From Azolla caroliniana (taxonomy: Eukaryota > Plantae > Polypodiophyta): 64,000 bases of DNA. The notes under the pieces are model-generated. The model saw nothing but the letters and a program-made list of their open reading frames with translations. It did not search any database and was not told the origin of the DNA. Below, piece after piece: positions 39,468 through 48,908 of this stretch. The position numbers and the translations under genes were made by a program. Location: the NCBI GenBank assembly GCA_043228905.1, contig JBHGNT010000021.1:2356001-2420000 (forward strand). Direction: 5' to 3'. Positions within the stretch are counted from its first letter, which is position 1. Each line of letters starts with the position of its first letter.

Positions 39468-39923
39468 GGTACACATCAGCATGATGGCTTGCATTGCGTC
39501 ATCCAACGGGAACTTGATCGCCGCAAGCTGGTTCACGAATCCCATGAACGTGCTGACGTGTTCGACCATGCTCTCGCCGTCCCGGTACTTAAGATTCACT
39601 ATCTTCCTCATCAAGGAGGTCCGGGTCAGAGCATTCTTCCTCTCATACAGTCCGGACAGCTTCTGCCACATCGCATAGGCGTTCGTATCGTTCGCCACAT
39701 GTTGCAGAACACTTACATCGACATATTGCCGGATCGTCGCTACGGCTTTCCGGTTCAGGAGCTTCCACTTCGACTCTATTACCCCCTTGGGTATCTCGGC
39801 ATTGTCGATCGGTTCGTACAGGTCTCGGACGATGAGAAGGTCTTCCATCTTTATCTTCCAGTTGGCGTAGTTCTGTGAGTTCAACACCATCATGCCCGGA
39901 GGCCCACTACCGCCGCCTTCCAT
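38766..39923 (-). CDS. Copia gag-protease (frameshifted by the 26-bp deletion)
   Basis: LNSQNYANWKIKMEDLL, zinc knuckle CFYCGKPGHFQKNC, protease WVVDSGASFH. Confidence 0.9.
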   Translation of the reverse strand: MEGGGSGPPGMMVLNSQNYANWKIKMEDLLIVRDLYEPIDNAEIPKGVIESKWKLLNRKAVATIRQYVDVSVLQHVANDTNAYAMWQKLSGLYERKNALTRTSLMRKIVNLKYRDGESMVEHVSTFMGFVNQLAAIKFPLDDAMQAIMLMCTLPESWENLVVTLSTSCKEENLSLLTVKTSILNEEARRRDKEPASDSKALLTESERGRQRNRSPQRREKSGTRSQSRGRPTCFYCGKPGHFQKNCRHFRKDNGTDGTDSKKSPERNGAYRGATDRRGPDRRGQDRKGTTALAASEEEIMLITEERELNLAGEEMTWVVDSGASFHLTPEKKYFSSYTAGEHGCVRMGNEGTLADDINRMQDAAEGCSTRSGGSNEPDFGREARR

Positions 39924-40433
39924 TTTCTGTGTTACCGTCGCTCTGATACCACTTTGTTGAACACAGTGCTCGGCCGCAACCGAGGAATAGGATCAACTCA
40001 CAGAAAACGGGAAATACAAAATACACGAAGACAACAGAGAGAAAGGTACACTGGATGTTTTACGTGGAAAACCCTAAATGGGAAAAACCACGGGAGTCCT
40101 CAAACTCCAACTATCACTATAAACAGAGATGTACACTGGTGAAGCTACAAGGCAACAACCTTGAGCTCACTGTCTTCGCCACAGGCGGCGATAATACACA
40201 GAGGCAACGACCTCTTCGTCTCTCTCTCTCTCTCTCTCTCACTCGGCTGCTCTCACTTCGCTCCCTCTAAGTGGAAAAACAGAAAAATGAGCAACAACTA
40301 CAAACTGTTTGCCCTAAGTCATATTTATACACATATGACTTTCGGGCTATTTACAAATATAGCCTCGAGGGCCCTTGGCAAACATATTCACAAATATGTC
40401 CCCGCATCCGGATCTCTTTCCGGGTACATTCGT

Positions 40434-40580
40434 CATCCGGCTCCGTAGCCGGGGTCTTCATCATCCGGCTCCGTAGCCGGGGTCTTCATCATCCGGCTCC
40501 ATAGCCGGGGTCTTCATCATCCGGCTCCATAGCCGGGGTCTTCATCATCCGGCTCCGTAGCCGGGATCTTCATTCCCGAT
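40434..40580. repeat. 28-bp tandem array (~5 units) in the variant LTR U3
   Basis: Unit catccggctccgtagccggggtcttcat. Confidence 0.93.
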
Positions 40581-42060
40581 TCCCGGACATCTGACCATCC
40601 CATCCGGAGGGACCTCCTCATTCGGCAGGTAGGTTGGGTGCAACTCGTCTCGATGCCGGATCGCGGAGTGCATCTGACAGTTTTCACATGTCGTCACGAA
40701 CTAGTACACATCCCGGTACAACCCCGACCACCAATACTTCTCTTTTAGTTTCTCGAACGAGGCCCATGTCCCGCGGTGTTCGGCCTAAGGACTCTCATGG
40801 TACGCCGTAAGCAACACGTCCTGCTCATCCTTTCTTGCTACTATGCGCAGTGGGACACCGCCTCGCTTCTTAGGGTGCCTCCATATGTTCCCGTTCCGTA
40901 CGAAGAACCGGTAAGCTTTATTTCGGATTTGGTTAGCCTCTTCTTTTGTCCACGTGGCCTGGTGTCATTGTCTTCAAGAACCTACCGATCTGGAGCCACT
41001 CCCCGTCGTACTCGCCTTCGTGAAATTCTTTAAGCGCCAGAGTGTTCCTCTCCCTCGTTATGTATGCCGTCTCAAAGAAGTCTACGCCGACTTCCTCATC
41101 CTCTGAAACCATGCCGTCCTCGTCGTCGAACCATGCTCTCGAAAGCATGTCAGCCATGGGGTTGTCCTTCCTGAAGATGTGCTGTATCTCCGAATTTAGG
41201 GACTTGATGTACACGATCCACCTGAGCATTGCCAGGTCCGGAGTCACGCATCCAGAAATCATACTGAGAATCGGTAGGCAGTCCGTCTCGATTATTACCT
41301 CTGTCCCTATAAGATAATCTTTGTCAGCCTTAACCGCCGAAACGATACCCCATAGTTCGCCTTATCTTGGGCGTATCCTCGTTGTCGCTCACTGAGAACC
41401 TTCACCCCGAAGCGGATCGGGAACCGCACGCCGCTCTTGTCCTCCTGATTGATCACCCATCCGATCCCGGTCGGACTTGTGCCAACGGTTACGTAGATGG
41501 GGATCTCCTTGCCATAAACTACCTTCTTGAGAGCTGGTGTTGCGGTAAGCACCTCCTTCAGTCTTCGGACCAACTCCGTATGCTCCTTGCCCCATTCAAA
41601 TATGCGCCCATTCTTCAGCAACCCGTGAAGTGGTTCCGCGACGTGTGCATAGTGTGGAATCCAGATGTAGTAGAACACGCACGCATCTAGGAACCTCCGC
41701 AACTTCGTAACCGACTTGCACTCTTCCTTCATTGCGGAGATGGCTTCTATCTTTGCCGGAGACGGTTCCGTGACCGACCATTAGGATCTCTGATTGGCCG
41801 AACGCCAATTTCTCTCCGGAGAAGGTGAGCCGCGCGTCCTCTAGCCTTTGCAGCACCTTCTCACAGTCATTAATGTGGTTCGCGACGAACCTCTGTCATC
41901 CGTCCGGCCCATCCGCCTTGTCCTTATCCTCCACCAGACATCCTTTGATCGGGATGTCGTCCAGGAATGGCATGGTGATGTCCGGGATCTAGTCCCTCAT
42001 CACCTTGTTCATCGCATTCACCATGTGCGCCACCGAGTTCATCCCTCCTTGCGGGAGGGT

Positions 42061-42318
42061 TAGGCTCTTTTGGTTATGAAATTAAGAAGAAGAAAATTCG
42101 TCATCAAATTGATCGTGTAACTTGTTTCTTAAATCTAAAGATAAAAGTTCAATTAATCTCTCTCAATCTAAAGTCAAACGTTTAATCTCAATTTCTCTCT
42201 TTCCCAATCTATCTTAAATACTTCCTCACTAAAGCTTGTACCAACTTCGAATCCTTCCGGTCCAGAACCCTGACGATTCCACCTCACAATCCGCGCCTAG
42301 TGACGAATCTTCACGACA
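42061..42318 (-). mobile_element. Truncated LTR-like insertion in the gypsy RT
   Basis: A 258 bp AT-rich block beginning TGTCG on the minus strand interrupts FQLAV|...|TLPQG, and ~18 RT codons are missing. Confidence 0.55.
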
Positions 42319-44137
42319 ACGGCTAGTTGGAACTGATCGTACCCCGAGTACAGATCACCGACCGAATAGATCAATCTTCCGGCGAAGGCTTCTGTGAACT
42401 CGTCTATCGTCGGTCCAATAACTGCATTACGAATGGTCACCCTGTTGACCAGTTGCAGGTCCTGAATGAAGCGCAGCGTGCCGTTCTTCTTCGGTACGGT
42501 AAACCACCGATTCGAATATGGGGCGCTCGACGGTTCGAGGATGCCCATCTCCACTTTCTGCTTCATTAGCTCCATCAGCTTCGGGATGTGAGCTCTGGGT
42601 ACTGGAATCAGCTTGAGATTCCACGGCACATGCGGCACCGTGAATATCACCATCGGCTCCACTATCGTCAGGTCTACGCACCCGATCTCCTTCGGCGAGA
42701 ATGCAAAGGCTTTCCCGTGCCTTCCGAGCATCCTCCGAAACCGGTCCTCCTCTGTCGGCAGTAGAAACCCACCCCCACCGACCTTGAGCTCCCATAGCGT
42801 TATGTCGGTGAATCGGTGCCTTATGCTGACCAATTGCCGTAGACTTGGGTCCGACGCGACCCCCTTTATCCGCTCTCCGCTGCCCTCTGGCAAGGGTGTC
42901 GTGACTGGCCTCACTTTCCGGTCCACAGTCTTGTACTTGGTATCCATGCGGGCCGTCCGACCGGACCCGACTTTTTCCCCGAAGTCAGCGATGACTTCGT
43001 ACATCTCCATTGAGCTAACTGGAACTGCCCGGTCTTCTCTAAGGCCTCCTTCAACAACCTCGCGTAGTTCCCCCAAGGTGTCATCGAAGGACACCGCCTC
43101 CACGGCACCGCCAATCTCTTCTCTAGGGCCAATGACTCTGTACGCCCTGAGTCTTTCTTCCGCCCGCTTCTTTTCCCGGCCATTGACGCTGGCTATAGTA
43201 CAACGTCCGTTATTGGAGAACCAAAATTTCCTATCTAGGGTACATGTGTGGGGTTCTTCCGAGGTGTCCGGACTATCGCGGCCCCACGCCTTGATAGCCC
43301 TCTCTAAAAATCCCCTCGGCTCTTGCCGCCGAGGGTCTCACGGTTACGCTCATGGTTCGGCCTCACCGTCAAATATTGAAAGAAGCACTGTCTGTCCTGG
43401 CCCTTCACGCAGGTACGCCGATCCATTGTCAAGCACCTACATTTCCATCCATGCCGTCGTAATGTATGGCTCGTCGAGTATCACCGAGTGCGAGGAGGTC
43501 TCCAGCACAAAGAAGTGTTGATCTATCTCAACGTCACCGAGCTTTACGCGTACATTCGGGCACGCACCATGCAACTCCTTCGTAGCGCGTGTCGCCGCGC
43601 GTATCTTCCACCCGTGCTTGGTGTTGATCGGCCACTTCCCCTTCTTGTAGAAGTCCATGGACATCAGGTTGATCTCCGAGCCGTGGTCTATCTGTCATGA
43701 GATGGCAAGACTCGTGGCAAGACTCGAACCCATGACCTTATGGTATATGTGTCGAGCTCTTAACCATCTCACCATCTATTGTAATTCATAGAATATTATT
43801 TTCATTTATGTTTTATTATAAGAAAGTAATGTATATTCCAGATTTCTCTGGAACATTCTAGAAGCTTCAGGATTATTCCTGAGAACACTATAAAAGAAGG
43901 CACTAAGCATTATGTTGAACCAAATTGGTTCAACACCAGTCTTAAGCCTCTTAGTCGATTTGTACTTATCTTTCATATAATATAAGAGCTGCTGTCATCA
44001 TCCTATTTCTCTCTCTCTCTCTCTCCTCTTCTCACTTCCTCTCTCTCGGGAATCTTACGCAGTCCCGTCCTCTTAGTACTAATAGTACTACTCTTCTTAG
44101 TACTAATTCCATCTCTGTTTTAGTACTATTCCTGACA

Positions 44138-44150
44138 GTTTGAACCAATT
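44138..44150 (+). promoter_or_regulatory. Self-priming primer binding site
   Basis: ttgaaccaatt (44140-44150) is the exact complement of aattggttcaa (43923-43933), which lies 34 nt after the start of TATAAAA (43889). No tRNA-type TGG PBS is present. Confidence 0.8.
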
Positions 44151-44206
44151 TTTTCCTCTAGCCTACTTGTCACTCTCCCTCATCCTCCTACCCTTTCCCC
44201 TATACT

Positions 44207-45311
44207 ATGGCTACTGTTAGCGCCCAAGAATACCAATCCGTTTTCTCCGAGCTACAGTGCCTAAAAGAAAAGTTTGTTGCCTTGGAACAAGAAAACCAAC
44301 GGCTGATAGGGGATCTGCAACAAATCTCTCTAGAAAAACAACAAACGCAACAACAACATGGGGAGTTAGCGTTACGGGTACAACAACTCGAAGCAGCGTT
44401 GCAACAACAAGGATCCAGTCCTCAAGGATTTCATAAAGAGCCCAAGATTGGACTTCCTGTGAAATTTGATGGAACGCGTTCGCAATTTCGGGGATTCCTT
44501 AATCAGGTACGCTTAGTCATCCAGATGCATCCTTCCCGATATCCCACTGATGCATCTCGAGTCGGCCTAATAGGCACGCTACTTAGCGGCTCAGCCTTGG
44601 CATGGTTCGCTCCGCTTCTAGAAAAACAATCGCCCTTGCTTAATAACTTTGAAGATTTTATTGGTGAGTTTAAAGCCTGCTTTGGAGACACCGACAGCAT
44701 CAGGACGGCGATCAACAAGATCCGGCGATTGCGTCAAGGCGGATTTCCGCCTACTTGCTTCAGATATACCCTGGGATGATCAAGCACTAATGGAGCAGTT
44801 TCGCTATGGCTTGCGAAACGATGTCAAAGATCTACTTCTAACTTTCCCCGAAGAACCAAAGTCTCTTACGGAGGCAATCAGTCGAGCAGTTCGATGTGAC
44901 AACCGCCTTTTTGAACGGCGTTCAGAACGTCAATTACAGATACCACGCTCTAGGCCAGAGCCCACTTACGCCGCAGTCGCGGCTAAACCGTTTGCACGAG
45001 ACATACCTCAAGCAAATACTTCGACACCGATGGAGATCGATACCATGCGTCGACGCGGCCCGTTATCGGAAGAAGAAAAGCAACGACGACGTGCCAATCG
45101 ATTATGCCTTTATTGCGGTGGACCAGGACATATCGCCATCAATTGTCCCCATAGGCCAAGAAGACAGGTAAATCAAATTGTCGCCTGTACTAAACCTGAG
45201 TCAATTCTTCCCTTCGGAGTGTCTGATAGTAGTAATAGTACTAATAGAGTGTCAGATAGTATTCATAGTACTAATAGCCCAAGTATCTCAAATAAATTTG
45301 AAAATCCTTAG
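44207..45311 (+). pseudogene. Chromovirus gag (PEG10/Sushi-like capsid plus CCHC knuckle), frameshifted near 44738
   Basis: EPKIGLPVKFDGTRSQFRGFLNQ...IRRLRQG, then a frame switch to ADFRLLASD...CLYCGGPGHIAINC. Confidence 0.85.
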
Positions 45312-45335
45312 TCAATTAGATGAAGAGTTAAACGA

Positions 45336-48300
45336 TTGAGTCCAGCCAAAATAGGAGCCATTTGGTTGGACAGCAGCCCTAGATCTGTACAGCCCATTAG
45401 TGGTTCCATTTCTTCCAAGCAAGTTAGCAATGTGTTCCTAGCCCAAGTCATTGTTAGTACTAAAAGTATTCCCCCAGTACCCGTCCTAGCACTTTTAGAT
45501 TCCGGAGCTAATTCCTGTTTCATGGATCGAAATTTTGCCCAAGCTTCTCAGATATCCTTAAGAAAACTTCCTTGTCCCGCATCTGTAGTGGTCATTGATG
45601 GTCGTCCCATTGCTTCCGGGAATATTATAGAAGAATCAGAACCCATTCAAGTTGTCCTAGGTAGTTTTGTGTGTATAATATCATTTAATATAATTAGTAG
45701 TCCAGAGCATCCCATTGTCCTAGGATTACCTTGGCTTGAGTTACATAATCCAGCCATAGATTGGAGAACAAGAGAAGTCCGATATCGACCACCCCAAGAA
45801 TCAACTCGCCGAGTTTCGACCATTTCACTCCATCAACTACGCGAAGAAGGACCCAAGGAGGCAATGTTCCTATTTTCCATATCAGTACATCCTTCCAGCA
45901 CTATTAAGAAGGACTCCCCAGTACAACTTCCGGCAAAATATCATCCTTATGCCGATGTATTTGACAAGGTAAAAGCCGGTACCCTTCCTCATCACCGTCC
46001 CTATGACTGTCCCATCGATTTACAACCAGGAACCGAGCCACCATGGGGACCAATTTACAACCTGTCACCCACCGAGTTAGAAGTCCTTCGAGCCTACATA
46101 GAGGAGAACTTGGCAAGCGGGTTCATCCGTCATTCAAAATCTCCGGCCGGTGCACCCATCTTCTTTGTCAAGAAGAAAGATGGCTCACTTCGTCTTGTCG
46201 TTGATTACCGCGGATTAAATAAAGTCACCATCCGGAATAGGTATGCACTTCCTCTTATATCAAGTCTTTTAGAGCGAGTTAATGGTGCCAAGTTTTTTAC
46301 TAAAATCGACCTACGAGGAGCGTATAATCTCGTGCGGATCCGACCGGGAGATGAGTGGAAGACCGCTTTTCGCACGCGGTATGGGCATTTTGAGTATACT
46401 GTTATGCCGTTTGGCCTAACCAATGCACCCGCAGTCTTCCAACACATGGCAAATGATATATTCAGAGACCTCTTGGATATCTGTTTGATCATTTATCTGG
46501 ATGATTTGTTGATTTATTCGAAGACCCAGGAAGAGCACGACTCTCATGTACTATTAGTACTAAAGCGACTCCGCGAGAATGGTCTTTATGCCAAGCTAGA
46601 AAAATGTAGCTTTGACTGCAAGCAAGTGGAATTTCTAGGCTACGTCATCTCCTCAAAGGGCATCGCCATGGATCCAGCTAAGATCCAAACTGTAGTAGAG
46701 TGGCAAATTCCACGGTCGGTACGAGATGTACAATGTTTTCTAGGTTTTGCTAACTTCTACCGTAAGTTTATACAGGATTACTCGAAGATTATTTTACCTC
46801 TCACACAACTTACGAAGAAGGGCCAAGCATTTCTTTGGTCCATTGAAGCAGATATGGCTTTTCGGCATCTTAAGAAAGCCTTTACATCAGCACCGATTCT
46901 AGCTCATGTGGATACAGGCAAACCATTCATCATGGAGGCCGACGCATCAGATTTCGCCCTCGGTAGCATCCTTTCTCAACAAGGTGATAAAGAAGAGTTG
47001 CATCCGGTGGCTTTCCATTCGCGCAAATTCGATGTCGCAGAAATCAACTACGAAATACATGACAAGGAGTTATTAGCCATCGTGGATTCATTTGTACAAT
47101 GGCGGCATTTCTTAGAGGGCTCTCCACATCAGGTCATTGTCTTCAGCGATCATAAAAATCTTGCTTATTTTCAGAACGCTCGCGTACTAAATCGACGGCA
47201 AGCTCGGTGGGCGCAATTCCTCACGCGTTTCGACTTCAAAATCACATATCGACCGGGGAAGCAGCAAGGAAAAGCAGATGCACTATCACGACGTTCATAT
47301 CTTGCACCTCGTCCTGGTGAAGCAACATTTGATAATCAAAAGCAAGTAATCTTGGGACCAACACGATTGCACACGACGCGGATTTTTCACATCCCGATGG
47401 ATTCACGGATTACCGATGACATACGTGCAACCTTGAAGACGGATAGTTTTGCTCAAGACATCCTGGCGCACATTGATACTTCTCGGGCATCCTGTTCTCA
47501 GTCTCAACAACCAGGTATTGACTACCGACAATTCGAATATCATGATGGTTTGTTATTCTTTAAAAAACGCGTATATGTCCCCGATTGCTCCTGTCGCCTT
47601 CAAATTGTCCAACATTGTCACGACACCCATACGGCGGGACATTTCGGTAGTACTAAGACGTTGGAGCTAGTGCAGCGATCTTTTTGGTGGCCCCACATGC
47701 GCTGTTTTGTCGACGACTACGTTCGGACCTGTGATGCTTGCTGCCGAGCAAAGATGCCACGACACCATCCATATGGCTTGTTGGAACCTTTACCAATTCC
47801 AAGTAAGCCATGGCAGTCTATTTGTCTTGATTTTATCACAGATCTGCCGGTCTCGAAAGGGTTCGATGCTATCCTAACCGTCGTCGATCGATATACGAAG
47901 ATGGCACATTTTGTGCCATGTACTAAAGCCATCACTAGCGAGGAAACCGCCGCTCTTGTTATGCGTGAGGTTTTTCGGCATCATGGCCTCCCAGACAGTA
48001 TTATCAGTGACCGAGGCCCGCAATTTGTCTCCAAATTTTGGCAGCATCTCTTCAAGATGCTCAAGGTCTCCTGCAACCTCTCCTCCGGCTACCATCCTCA
48101 GACCGACGGACAGGCGGAACGAACAAACCAAACGCTGGAGCAATATCTCCGGTGTTTCCTGAGTTATCAACAGGACGATTGGGCCGAGATTCTCCACTTT
48201 GCGGAGTTTGCGTATAATAATGCTATTCACTCCTCGACTCGGGTCTCCCCATTTTTCGCTTATACCGGTTTCCATCCTCGCTGGTCGGTGATCGACACTC

Positions 48301-48908
48301 CGGAGCTACCTACCAACCCTCGTGCCGAGGATCATTTGGAGAGGCTACGCAAGATCCAGATGGATCTCTCTACTCACCTTCGTCATGCTCAACACACACA
48401 GAAGACTTATGCGGATCGTCATCGGATTCCCTCCTCTTTTGCCATCGGAGATCGAGTATGGCTCTTACGTCGTCACATCAAGACTACTCGACCGTGCGAC
48501 AAGTTGGACTATCGACGACTCGGTCCTTTCCGTATTACGGGGAAGATTAATGATGTCACCTTCCGCCTTGATCTCCCTCCGCAGCTTCAGATACATCCGG
48601 TTTTCCATTGTTCTCTTCTTGAACCTTATAAAGCAAACACCATTCCCGATCGTGTGACACCACCGCCGCCCCCACTGGAGTTGGACGCCGGCCCGGAGTA
48701 TGAAGTTGCTGCCATCCTTGATTCCAAACTTGTTCGCAACAAACTCTATTACTTGGTCGATTGGCTCGGTTATAGTCCGAGCGAACGTACTTGGGAACCC
48801 GTCGAGAATGTTGCCAATGCACAAGATCTTCTTGCTGATTTCCACCGAAAGTATCCGGACAAACCCGGTCCGCAAGTAGCGCTGACTCGTTCCACTCGTC
48901 GTCTTTAA
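45336..48908 (+). CDS. Chromovirus pol: protease, RT, RNase H, integrase, chromodomain (intact, ~1190 aa)
   Basis: LLDSGA, YLDD, EADASD..YEIHDKELLAI, HHCC, SDRGPQF, GPF, and chromodomain EYEVAAILDSKLVRNKLYYLVDWLGYSPSERTWEP. Confidence 0.96.
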   Translation: MSPAKIGAIWLDSSPRSVQPISGSISSKQVSNVFLAQVIVSTKSIPPVPVLALLDSGANSCFMDRNFAQASQISLRKLPCPASVVVIDGRPIASGNIIEESEPIQVVLGSFVCIISFNIISSPEHPIVLGLPWLELHNPAIDWRTREVRYRPPQESTRRVSTISLHQLREEGPKEAMFLFSISVHPSSTIKKDSPVQLPAKYHPYADVFDKVKAGTLPHHRPYDCPIDLQPGTEPPWGPIYNLSPTELEVLRAYIEENLASGFIRHSKSPAGAPIFFVKKKDGSLRLVVDYRGLNKVTIRNRYALPLISSLLERVNGAKFFTKIDLRGAYNLVRIRPGDEWKTAFRTRYGHFEYTVMPFGLTNAPAVFQHMANDIFRDLLDICLIIYLDDLLIYSKTQEEHDSHVLLVLKRLRENGLYAKLEKCSFDCKQVEFLGYVISSKGIAMDPAKIQTVVEWQIPRSVRDVQCFLGFANFYRKFIQDYSKIILPLTQLTKKGQAFLWSIEADMAFRHLKKAFTSAPILAHVDTGKPFIMEADASDFALGSILSQQGDKEELHPVAFHSRKFDVAEINYEIHDKELLAIVDSFVQWRHFLEGSPHQVIVFSDHKNLAYFQNARVLNRRQARWAQFLTRFDFKITYRPGKQQGKADALSRRSYLAPRPGEATFDNQKQVILGPTRLHTTRIFHIPMDSRITDDIRATLKTDSFAQDILAHIDTSRASCSQSQQPGIDYRQFEYHDGLLFFKKRVYVPDCSCRLQIVQHCHDTHTAGHFGSTKTLELVQRSFWWPHMRCFVDDYVRTCDACCRAKMPRHHPYGLLEPLPIPSKPWQSICLDFITDLPVSKGFDAILTVVDRYTKMAHFVPCTKAITSEETAALVMREVFRHHGLPDSIISDRGPQFVSKFWQHLFKMLKVSCNLSSGYHPQTDGQAERTNQTLEQYLRCFLSYQQDDWAEILHFAEFAYNNAIHSSTRVSPFFAYTGFHPRWSVIDTPELPTNPRAEDHLERLRKIQMDLSTHLRHAQHTQKTYADRHRIPSSFAIGDRVWLLRRHIKTTRPCDKLDYRRLGPFRITGKINDVTFRLDLPPQLQIHPVFHCSLLEPYKANTIPDRVTPPPPPLELDAGPEYEVAAILDSKLVRNKLYYLVDWLGYSPSERTWEPVENVANAQDLLADFHRKYPDKPGPQVALTRSTRRL

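Larger units (their letters stand above)
33947..40620 (-). mobile_element. Ty1/copia element (Tork/Tnt1-Tto1-like), chimeric: 5' LTR 39955-40620, 3' LTR 33947-34851
   Basis: PBS tggtatcagagc at 39940-39951 and PPT gaagggggag next to 34851, with gag-PR-IN-RT-RH order. The two LTRs are related but different, and the flanks (aaaaa / ttcgg) form no TSD. Confidence 0.92.

Noticed and set aside
43700-43785. Functional tRNA gene in the LTR
   Set aside because: Acceptor and anticodon stems do not pair. Kept only as a tRNA-like promoter module.
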